Assembly: GCF_009914755.1 (NCBI RefSeq)
Contig: NC_060946.1
Direction: 5' to 3' (one strand)
From: the human T2T-CHM13v2.0 reference genome, Homo sapiens
Length of the DNA stretch: 64,000 bases
The notes under the pieces were generated by a model. It made no database searches. It had not been told where the DNA came from and saw only the letters and a program-made list of their open reading frames with translations. A program made the position numbers and the translations under genes. Shown piece by piece: positions 34,651 to 48,800 of the stretch. How positions within the stretch are numbered: position 1 is the first letter of the stretch; the number at the start of each line of letters is the position of its first letter.

Positions 34651-36331
34651 CATGCCTTTCCTTTATTTAAAGCCACTGAACTCTATAAAAACTCAAATTT
34701 CCACATCTTAGAAGTCTTAATTTACTTAAAGGTGGCCAGAGAAGGGGGGACCTTCTGAAGTGAGCAGATGCTTCTCCCAGGTGTTGGGCACCCACCCACA
34801 CCATGCCAACGCTTCTCCTGGCATGGCTCCTATCAGCCCTGCTTGGCCCCTGGCTAGCCCTGCACTGCCTTCCTCTGCAGGACTGTGTTCATTCACTCCC
34901 AGAAAGAGCCTGGCTCTGAGCACAAGCTTGAGAACACTGTGGAATGAGGACTGTCCCCTCAGCAGAATGGAAGCCCATCCTGCAGGAGGAAGGAGAGGAG
35001 GAAGCAGGAGCCTGCTCTGGACCAGTATGGCAGGAGGGGCTGAGTCGCCTCTCCCTACTCACTGTTCTCAGTCCCCGAGGCTCAGGAAGGAAGCCCTAAT
35101 CCAGGCTGGCATTTCTATTCAGGGGGTAGGGTGGGGTGGCGTGAGGCTGGAGGGAGGGAGAGCCACAACGGAGCCGGGGCAGAAATCGAGAAGATCCATG
35201 GCTGGTCTTCAAGGTGGTCACAGGGACAGTGACCAAGTGCGCTGAGTCATGACAGAGGTGGGCTGAGGGGAGGGCAGGCTGTGAGAACCCAGAGGGGGAC
35301 ACGTGACTCTGGGGCTTGGAGACAACAGAGAACAGCCCCGGAAGTTGGACCTCTCTGTGCCTTCGTGTCTACAAAATGAGCACATTCCTGTCCTGTCCAC
35401 AACGTTACAGCCAGACCCACAAGGTGAGGGTGGTAAGGGTGCTCTGTAAACCTCAAGCTCTGACTGACAGCTTGATCCTGGGAGAGGGGCTGCAGCAGGT
35501 GGAAACGAAATGACGACACTGCCACCGACCAAGGGAGCTGACCTATCCTAGGCCCCTCCTCTGCCACGTGCCTGCTCCACAGCCTGGGCACATACCCTGC
35601 CCTAAGGACTGTGCTAAGCCCACACAAACAACCCATGTCAGCATCACGGGAAAGGACAGGCAGCTGGACTAGACCTGGCTTGCTTGGGACCTGGCTCCCC
35701 TGATTGGCTGAGGACAGCTGGGGCTGAGGACAGCTGGTCAGCACAGGAAAGCCTGCCCCAAAACACACCTTGAGAAACCCACACTGCTCTGCTTCTGTGC
35801 CGGAAAGGCTGTAATCAGTCAAGTTCCCCTTCCCTGCTGGGAAGTGTGTTCTAAGCATGGCCCCTGTCCACACAACAGTGGCACTAATAAAGCTACAGAA
35901 TCTTCTGAGCTTTTCGGTGGGGACAGAAGGGGGTGAAACCTCTGCCATACAACACCTGTAATTATTCCCTTAAAATGTAAACTCAGAAAGACTGCCAGGT
36001 GTTGCCAGCTAGTCTTATCTGACCTGCTACATGGCCAAGTTTAAAAATAAACAGCTCTCAGTGTTAGAAACTAAGGTGCCAAGCGGCAAGGCCTTCCACG
36101 TGATAGGAACTTACCCGAGTTCTGAGTTAACTCGGCAAGTGCAAGTGTGTCCTATGGATGACAAGGGCTATAGTCCTGTGTCCCCAAGGAAAGTGGACAA
36201 AAGCTCATGGAGCCTGTGCCTTCTGGTGATGGGCGCTAATGCTCCCCATAAAAATCACACCCCGCTCTGGAACTGGGAAATGCACTCTTGCCCCAATCTT
36301 AAAAGACAGAAAACTGGCATAGAGAGGGTCA

Positions 36332-36559
<228 letters not shown>

Positions 36560-37187
36560 CTAGGAGAGAGAACCAGCTGGGAGGCAGGGGGCTTGGGGCA
36601 GCCTGTCCTTGGCTGTGGCACAAATGGCCTCCATGCCAACCAGGCCCTGATGCGCCCCTGGGGTCATGTTTACCACACCCCTCTCCAAGAGTTTGAAAGG
36701 CACTCCGTGTAGTTAGATAATGAGCCTCTCTATTTTTATTATTAATAAGATCATACACATCAGTGAACGGGGGCTTCTCAATGTTCTTTAGGTTGGGTAC
36801 CAAGTAGAAACTGGGCTGTGGGTCAGGAAGGGAGGCTGACTGGCTCAGGAAGGGGTGGGGCTGAGGATGCCTAAACGGGCACCTCACGCAGACTGAGGGG
36901 CTGGGGCTGGCTTCCTGGAGTAGGTGACATCTAACCAAAGCCTTCTGCTTTGATGTCATCCATCATGTGCTGGGTTATTACTTCCCAATCATAGCTGTAA
37001 AAACTTTTCCACTTCCTGAGCACCTACCATGTGCCAGGCGACCTGCTAGGTGTTTTACACCTCCAAATACTGTCTCCCCTACCTAGTAGGAATAAGTGTC
37101 CCCATTTTACAGATGAGGAAACAAAGGCTTAGAGAAGTTACGTGGTTTGTCAAGATCCTGCAGCCACAGTGGCTAGGCTGGAGCTGA

Positions 37188-37486
<299 letters not shown>

Positions 37487-38999
37487 CAAAGGCAGTTTTT
37501 CAAAGGGTTCCAAGTAGGACTGTCTTGATGGCAAAGCTTTGTCAGGGCTAAGCTGAGTTTTGACTGCCTTTTTTCGTATATGAAAAGAAAAACTAGTTCA
37601 TCAAAGTTATAAGTAATAAAAGAGTAACTGAGGAAATGTTAATGGCTAATTTGGGGTGAAAACGAAAATGTTCGATATGTTTCATTCTTTTAGCTGCTGG
37701 CTTGAAAGGCTACAGTCGCTGATAACTTGAGCACCCAGAGGAAATATGACAGAAAAACGATCTCTTTTCAGCCTTTTTCTCCCAATGCCTTCAAAAATCT
37801 TAGTCAACCCCTTGTCAGTTTTACCTTTTCTAAAATCTCTTTGCCTGGCCCTGCACAGAGATGGGCAAGGGGAGGGAAGGGGGCTGCAGCACCTGGAGGA
37901 AGGGCTGTCCCTGAGGCTGAGCTACATGGGCTGAGATGACTCCACTCCTGTGAGAACCAGAATCCTGGTGAAAAGCAAAGACCCCTGGAAGGTGGTTAGC
38001 CTGGGCAGCCTTCTCCAGAGGCAGATGAGACTTCCGGCTCTACTCATTCCCTCCAAAGACCTCCCCCAGCAAGGCTGGCAGCTCGGCAGCTCGTCAAAAC
38101 ATGAGCTGAACCTGAGCATCCACTCCAAACTAGAGCAGCTCCTGTGAGGAAGTCGGAAGTGAGCATTTTCACAGCTCACTGGAAGTGACATTATGTGGTT
38201 GCTTCCCTTAAAATGAGGCCTTACTGTCATTTTGAAATTTACAGCAGGATGAAAAAAATACCCAACAAGCAACTCAGTATCGTTGAGCTGGTGGTAGGAG
38301 GAGCTGAGGTAACACGGCCCTAACTTAGCCTTGACAGTCGACATGAAGCCACAACCCAGAGCTGGTTTTCATCTGCCTATTACCAACAGTATTCAAATTG
38401 GTAATCACCATCAAATCATGTATTTTGGCTCTCTTGAAACCTGCTTATCTCTGTGATTTTCAGAACCACTGGTTAAAGGTTTAGGGAAAAGAAAAGGATA
38501 TTTCTTAACAAGTCACATGTTGGTACCACCCATCGGCACACACAGGAGCTGCAAATACACATTTACATGACAACTCTTGAAATGTGGAAATCCGTGATGA
38601 ATACAGGAAGAGTGTTTCCGTAAGTACACATTTCAGGTTTCCAAATAAGCTCCCAGTTGGTCCTAGAGGCTGCAGAGGAGCCTGTGCTGGTCCTGTGACC
38701 ACTGCTGGGGACAAGAGGCAAGTTGGCTGAGCACAGAGCCAACGGGAGAAGGGCAGTATGCCAAACAGTTGGGACCGAGGCACCCCAGCAACATCGGCCC
38801 TGCTGTCCCTTTAATGAAACGGTTGTGTGGTGGCCGGTGAAGGCCATCACTGGAAGTCTCTATCGCCATAAACCACCAGGGACAGAGCAATGTGGCCTTT
38901 CCACTTCCCTGGGCAAAGCACTGCAGTCGTCCCAGGAGCAGAGCTACTGCTGGCTGCTTCTCTAGGTCGAGATGGAATCTACACACAGGCAAAACTGCC

Positions 39000-40182
<1,183 letters not shown>

Positions 40183-41023
40183 TGTTCCCTTTTTAATATA
40201 TTTTTTAAAAAATCAAACGTATAATAATGACTAGTTTTTACAATGCAAGAAAATTAATTTTCAAATATTTGACAAATCGATCATACATTAAAATCAGCAC
40301 ATATATAGTTAACTATTTCTGCTCTATCAGTTTTGTAATTAAAAACCTCTCTTCTACTTCTTCAAAACATTAGGTTGTTTTGGGATAGCCAAATGGCAGA
40401 AAACTTTAGGTAGAAACTGAATATAAGCATGCTTTCTTCCAAACATATTAATTGCTTCATTCACAAAATCCTCATTTTTGAACCAGGTATGAAGCTATGT
40501 TCCTAACTTCCTCTAAATTCAGGCTCACTCCACTCAGAAACTAAGCTACCAAAGACAAATGCTCAGCATACATGTGCCTGGACATCCCTTCACTCCCCTG
40601 AGGGACTGCCTGGCAGACGGAGGGCCAAGCATGTACCTACTGAGGGACTCAGTGCTTGGGCACAGGGCACTGGAACTGGGGCACTAGGAGGAGGGGGTGA
40701 GAGGTATCCTGAACGCAATATCCAAAGGGCATCTTCAAGGACAGGTAGGAGGCTGGCCAGATTAAAGGTGAGGCCAGGAAAATAATTCCAGGCACAGGGA
40801 ACAGCACTGGCAAAAGGAAGGTGTGTCCACATGGCAACCCTGGGGCCCTGAGAGAAGTCAGCTGGGAATGGAACACAGAACACAGGGAGCAAATGGCAAT
40901 GAGGGAGGGCAGATGCTGAGAAACTGGGAAGGCTAGGCCTGCATCCTGAAGGGTGTCAGGCTTGGGGACTGGTGGGGCTCAGAAGGCTGGCGGGGGTGGG
41001 GACATCCTGGAAGGAAGAATTGA

Positions 41024-41515
<492 letters not shown>

Positions 41516-42228
41516 TGAGAACCTCCTTTCTAGGGTCCTCCGGAGGCCGCTCTCCTGCCTCCCAGGGATGGACCTTGGGGGCCACATCCCTCACAATCAA
41601 GCTCTGCCTCCAGGGAATCCACTCCCTTCCCCATGCCCTTCCCCGAGCCCAGGACTCGCCCTGCCGCCTGCCCTCCTCCAGGCTGCACTCACTCCCTCTC
41701 AGTGAGCCAGGCTTCTAATCGTTCCTCTGAGAACCCAATGTCAGCCAAGCCTCAGTTTTAAAGTCAGCTAGGATGAGGTGGCAGCTGGAATCTCAACCAT
41801 CCCTGTGCAGAAACATCCGTGCAATCAGGAGCAGAGAAAGGGGCTCTACCTGAAACCCAGCAGCTTATTGTCACAGGCGTGCTGGGGGGACTATCCAAAG
41901 AGGCCACGTCAGCTCCTCCTCCATCCTGCATGCATCTGTTGTAAACAGTCCAGAGGTGCCTTTCACAAGGACGCTGGAGAAGGTCTGCTGTGCAGACACA
42001 GGACCATGCCAAGCTCTGTGGTGCTCCCAACCCCTAATACCTTCAGACTCTGGGCCCTAAGAGGGTGTGGACCTGTGTCTTCCTAATCCACCACTCTTTC
42101 TCCATTGCTTTCCACAGGGTCTACCGCACAGCAGGCACCCCATACAAATGTGAGGTAAAACCATAACATGACCAGAAGAAAATGAACGCGAATACCTTTG
42201 TGACTTACGGCATGGCTCCTTAAACAAA

Positions 42229-42373
42229 ATTTTTCTTTTTCTTTTTTTTTGAGACGGAGTCTAGCTCTGTTGCCCAAGCTGAAGCGCAGTGGTGCCATCT
42301 CGGCTCACTTGCAACCTCTGCCTCCCGGGTTTAAGCGATTTTCCTGCCTCGGCCTCCCGAGTAGCTGGGATGA
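42229..42373 (-). mobile_element. Alu right arm only
   Basis: Truncated reverse Alu. Confidence 0.9.
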
Positions 42374-43419
42374 CAGCAGGCAGAGCACACAGAGACACCT
42401 CTGTATGTGGGTGCCCAGAGGGATGTGCCTGAGAACAGCAAGGCAGCTCTACGCCTGTGGACTGGCAACCACCAGAGAGTGGGAAAGGCCAAGTGTGGGC
42501 AGAGGTGGGTGTACAGCACCCTTTACTGGATATACTGGTGGAAACAGACTGGGCAGGCCTCTGTGCACAACTAGGCAGTCATTAAATCATAAAGCATGCA
42601 AGTGCCCTACGATGACCCAGCAGCTTCATTCTGGGCTTAGATTCCCATAGAAGTGTTCCCTTTGGTCCCAGGACAGGTAGGGGGCCTCTCCCTGGGGAAT
42701 GCACAGGTAAGCACGGGGCCCAGCAGTGCAGCGGGAGGAAGGATGTGCGCGACTACGCCGACACACTGACCCAGAACAGAAACAGAATGATGTGGGGCAT
42801 GATGCCATTTACATCAATTAAGAATACGTGCACATGAAGTAGGGGTGCGAAGTTTATGAGAGCAGATGCTAACAAAAGCTGTAACATTAGAAATGGGGAG
42901 GGGGCCTAGGTATCAACTGCAGGTGGAGAAATAGAGACAGGAACGGTTATTGATGAGCGAGTCCCCCTCCTACCTGCCCCCATCTCAGCTCTCTGTGAAG
43001 TCTTGGCTCCTTTTCCCCACGCAGGCTTCCCTGATGCAGCCCGTCCTTGCTGGAGCACCAGCGTGGAGCACCAACCCAGTCTACACCACCTGCACCCACA
43101 GACAGGGGAGACTCATCTGAGGACTCCTGCCATCTGGTCCAGCTGGGGGCCATGATGGCCCTTGTGAACACCGTCCCCATGCCCTTCGGGTCACAGCTCG
43201 TCTCAAAATTGCCTCGAGCACATTAGCCTCACTTCCCTAGCTAGACTGTAAGCCTCCCGCCAAAAGGTGCCACACACTGAGTGATTTTCACTAGCGACGG
43301 CGTCATAATAGAGCATCCCATACTTGGCCAGGCAGGGTACTGACAGTTTTACATGCCACCCCACTTAATCTTGTGAGAATGCTAGCCAGGGGATACTATT
43401 AATGTCTATTTTTAAAAAT

Positions 43420-43719
43420 TAAATTAAATTTTATTATTTTATTTGCGAGAAGGGTCTCACTGTATTGCCCAGGCTGGAGTGCAGTGGCACAATCACAGAG
43501 GCGCAACCTTCCCGTCCGAAGTGATCCTCCTGCCTCAGCCTCCGAGTAGCTGGGACCACAGGTATGTACCACTACACCTGGCTAATTTTTTATATTTTTT
43601 GTAGAGACAGGTTCTTACTATGTTGCCAGGGCTGATTTCAAACTCCTAGGCTCAAGCAATCCTCCCAACTTGGACTCCCAAAGTGCTGGGATTACAGGCA
43701 TGAGCCACCGCACCCGACC
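43420..43719 (-). mobile_element. AluJ-like inside a MIR
   Basis: Diverged reverse dimer. Confidence 0.9.
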
Positions 43720-44096
43720 TAGTGTCCCTATTTTAGAGAAAAGGAAACTGAAGTTTGAAGAGATGCAGTCACTCATGGTCATGCAACAGAAAGAGAGGCC
43801 ACCTGCCCAAACATCCCTCAGGCCGGGATCAGAGCTGGTGTAAACTGAGACTTACCAAGTCAACATGAGATGATGCGTGTGCTTCCAGCCAGCCCTGTGG
43901 GCGCCAGCAAGTCACAAACAGAATTCCAGACTCCATGCAGCACACAGGCCCTGCTCCTGTCCCCACCATATGCCAACAAAGTTCCCAGGAACCCCAAGCC
44001 TGTAAACTTCTAGGACCGGTTGCCAAGGATGACCCTGATTTTAACCTCAGGATGATCTTCCCCTTTAATCTGTGGCCCTGAAGGCCCAAGCACCAC

Positions 44097-44899
44097 AACC
44101 GCTCCCTCTGCACCCTGGAGAGGAAGGGTCAAGGGTGAGCCAGCTATCCCAAGCTGACCTACAGAAGAGCTCCTGGCGTACCCCTCGCCAGGCAAGCCCA
44201 TGGAACCAGAGTCAAATGTTTTATCCAAAGCTGACCAAATATGCCAAGAAGCTCTAGCATCTCCTCTGTCAGCCTGGCAGACAAGGATGAGGCAACTCTT
44301 TAGGGATTCCTTAATTCCAAGTCTGCAGTTGGCAACGAGACGGGCAAAATGCTTTCGATAACTTGTTCAAATCCATCGGATTTCCCAGCCCTAACAAGAC
44401 CTCCTTCCCTTCACCTGCTCTCATGAGGGGAGCAGCACAGATCTGGCCCTGCCCCAAAATGTGTAACTTTGTACAAGTCCCTCTCCGTATATTTCTGCCC
44501 TTTCAGTTGTCAGGTAGAGTCAGAGCTATTCCTGTGAGGACCAAATGGCCCAGGATAGGAGGGGTTTACACTGCACGGTAGGTTTCTTCCCAGCCAGCTG
44601 TGCTCTCCGCCTGCCACGGCGATCGCCTGACAAGGCCTAACTTCTTGCTAAGCCATTTCTTCACCCTGTCTGGGGGTCAGGGTGGGGGGTGAGGTGAGCC
44701 TTCAGGATTCCAGGGTGTCTGGTTGAAGACGATGTTGGTGCTTCCTGGCATACCTGACCAGCTCTGGGTCAGACATTCGACTCTGGTTCCATGGGCTTTG
44801 CCTGCAGGGGCACCACCAGGGCGTCTTCCTTCCGTGGTTCAGCTCGGACCAGCTGGCTCGCCCCTGGCCCTTCCTCTCCGTGGTGCAGAGGGAGCAGTT
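44097..44899. repeat. Non-Alu inverted repeat: arms 44097-44261 and 44731-44899, spacer ~470 nt
   Basis: Hand alignment gives roughly 75-80% identity. Exact 20-mer aagcccatggaaccagagtc (44194-44213) pairs with gactctggttccatgggctt (44779-44798). Confidence 0.93.
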
Positions 44900-45490
44900 T
44901 CCAGTCTGCTGATGCCACCAGCTGGCTGGCTCCCCACTGAAGCATTCATCACTCCATTTCTGAGCGTCTGGCAACACTCTCTTGCCACTGAGAGGTATTT
45001 AAGGAACATCCACTGTGTGTGAAGGGCCACGAGGCCCTAGGGATATAGTGGTGAACAAACTGCCATGCGACTGTCCCTCATGGAACTTATGGCCAGAAAA
45101 ATAATGCAATGAGACAGTGACACATTGTGAGAAGGAACACTCTGGGTGGTCAGGGCTGCCTGGAGGAAGCGATGTTTGAGGCGGTAGCTGAAGACAGCTC
45201 TGAGGCAAGGCCGCTTTCTCACAGCTGAGGAAAATGCCATGAGGCCCACGGAGAGTGAGCTGGGGGCTCTGCTGCCCCAGGACGCTTCCCCCACAGATTA
45301 CCCCTCCCCCTGGTGGACATGTGCTGTCACATGCCAAAATGCATCAAAATAGTGGGTTCTGAGGGCAACTACTATGCCTCTATATGTCTCCATCATCCAT
45401 GCCAGGCAGAAAGAGGACACCCTATCTTCTCAGAGCCCAAACAGTGCTGGGAGCTGGGATTTCCATTCCCCCTGGAAAGGAAGGGACTGA

Positions 45491-45859
<369 letters not shown>

Positions 45860-48800
45860 TATTTATCAGTTCTCAATCCTGCGAGTCACACGAGCTCTCT
45901 CCATGGTAGCTAAAAGGAATCAACTCTTAGCACGTCATCAGCCAGTAACTTCATGGCCGGCAGAAGAGCAACTCCCGGCGCTTCTGCCGCATTCCTGAGA
46001 GAGTCACATAAGCACAGCCAGCTGCAGGGCCTCACCGGGCCTTCACTGCAGCTACAAAGCTTTCAGGGAAATCCAGGGCCTGAGTTAGTTTATCCCTAAG
46101 CCAACCCACGTCCCAGGCAGCTAGAGGGGGCTCCAGGACTGAGTCCCTTCTCCTCAGGACTGTGCCCTGCAGAGTCACTACCTCTCACCCACCTTCCCTG
46201 GGGAGGGTGTGCGTGTGCCTGGCAGATGTTGTATCCTGTACACACCTGCCAGATGTCCCCATGGTGACAGCTTCAGGCAACTTTCTTCCAACCTATCCTA
46301 ACCCCTATGCTGAATCTTCCTTTCCAAACGGGGATGACTGTTGATATTAGGGTTGTGAAATCTGTGATGTGTGTTTGAAAACACCAAAGAGTAACAGGGG
46401 TCCTTGAAAAACCATCTAGTCCGTGCCTTGCTTTCAGGTGCCAAACTGCAATTTCCACATCCTCATTTCTATGGGATTCCACTCGTCCTGGTCCCCAAAC
46501 TTCCCACCAGCTCATCCACCACTGGGCTCCCAACTTGTCTCAGCCCTGGAATGTAGGCCCTGGGAGTTCCACACTTCGGTGCTGCCTTGAACCACAAGCT
46601 CAGACTAACACCTAACCTCACTGGGGCTCCCCATCTGCAAATGAGGTGATGCTATTTACCTTGCAGGGCCCAAGAGGGTTAGAGATTCAGAATCGCCTTG
46701 AGTCTGATCTACAATCCAGACTCGATTCTGACCCAGCACTAGTCCTGTCCTTTCCTCGGGGCCTCAATTCTGTCTCAACTTGGGGTTTTCAGTTCTTGCT
46801 CCCAACACTGACTGGCCGTATCCTCTGTTCCTGAAACCTGTATCCTCAAGTACGAAGGTGAAGAAAATGGAGCTCACTACCCTGAAAGCACCCCTTGCCG
46901 TTTGATCATTTAAAAGCATGAATCCCAGATTTCAACAATCATAAAGACACACTGAGTTACGAATCTTTAACTGAAATGTTCAAAATGACAAAATAAAAAA
47001 TAGATGACACAGAAACCCAGAAATTGCAATTTTCAGATCCTAACTCCAAAGGCAGAACACATAAGATAGACAACATAGAAAGAAAGGATGTGTTTACGCA
47101 AAGCTGTGTTGAACTAACTCTTCCTCAAGGCCGTCGGCCAGGCTCCCCATGCTCTGCTCCCTTGGTGCGTGTTACACAGATGTCGAGAAGGCCCCGCGAC
47201 ACCCTACATGGCGTTCACATGCACAGCATATGCCGCCCTGTGTGCCATCTCCCATCCTGGAGCCCTGGGTCTCTGGGAAGACATGCACTGCTCACTTGCC
47301 TTCAGCCGAGCACCCAGCAAGTGGCAGGAATTTGGTATGTGGCTGCCGTTTTTGCTCTCCCTCACTCCTCAGGGAGGCGCCCCCACTGATGCAGGCATCA
47401 CCTTGCTGGAAGAGCTGCCATGGCGAGATCACCTGCCCGGTCCCTAAGCTCGCTGAAGACCTGAGGCTTTTGGCAGAATTCCCAAGGCACCCCCTGACTG
47501 ACAGGGAGTGTGAGAGACATCCAAAACTGGCTCGACCCCTAAGGTCCAAAGCCGATGATCTAGTGGGGAAACGCCAGCTGGGAAAAGCTGGAGGATCAAT
47601 TCTTCCAGGAAGCCTCCCCACCTCCTTCCGTTCCCTCCTCTTCCCAGTTTGGTGCTTCCACAGCCCCCCCATACTGCACTCCAGTCTACCTCCACCCTGG
47701 CCCTAGCCCCCTGCACCCGAATCCTGGTTTACTTTATGACTCCTGTTACCCTACCAGTCCCCACTAGTGGAATGTGGGCTCCTCTCCCCATCTCTGTGCC
47801 TGGGCACCCCAGCTCCGCCCCCCTGCACTGTGCCCAGCTCAAACAATCGTTTATCCACAAATGTCTCCATGGAGCTAAGCCCACCACAGTCTAATGAGCA
47901 CTACGGACCCCACCGGCTCTAAAATGAAAGGAGATTTGTTACTGAATAGAAAGGAAAAATGTGTCTCTTAAACAGTTTTAAAAAGTTATTCTGACATCAC
48001 TGAGATCAAATAAGAAAATAAAATTTTATCTTCATCTACAGAAATGCACAAAAAAAATTTAAAAAATTTTATCTTCAGAAGACAAGCTTCTTGACAGCAC
48101 AAAACCCCGAAGTGCTAAATTCCCTCAACGCAAAAACCAAAGAACTCTTTCTCTGCATTCAGAATGATGGCATTCACACGGGGGGAAGACAGGTCTGTCT
48201 GCACAACAGAAGGAAAGGTGACCTCATTCATCCACCTTTTCCTGTCTCCGCGTGTGCGATGCTCCCGCGTGTGGCTGCAGAAACGGTAAGTGTAGAGAGG
48301 ACGCTCAGAGACCACTCGGGCTCGGGAGTCATTTAGACTTGGCCTTGCCATGCAGGTGTCCTGTGACCTCAGACAAAATAAACTCTGGGTGTCAACAGGC
48401 TCATTGGTGCCGCTGGCCCAGTGCCCAACTACCAGCAAGTGCTGTCCCTGGCCTGGGCAGCCCATCACAGAACAGCAGCAGGCCATCACTGCTGGCTGAG
48501 CCTGACCTGCGACGGTGCACCCCAAATTCTGCTTTCTTTTCCTCCACTGAAAGTGGAATTTGATTTTTCCCAGTATCGGGAATGGCTGAGCACGCAGGCC
48601 GAAGACAATGTTGTAGATGTCATACACCAAAGGGCATGAAAGAGCTGAAAACAAAAATGACAGATTCGACGGCCTGCAGCAGCCAGCCAAAATAAACTGC
48701 CCGGCTGGCTCCCTGCAGTGCTCCTGGTGGGTGGATGGGTAAAAGGGATTGGTGCTGGCCAGGGCTGGTCCCTGCCCTGTTTGCCCTAAAAGCAGGAAGC

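Noticed and set aside
44072-44977. Two similar short peptides on opposite strands suggesting paralogous microproteins
   Set aside because: Fully explained by the DNA inverted repeat. Indels break the frame correspondence and the starts are non-ATG.
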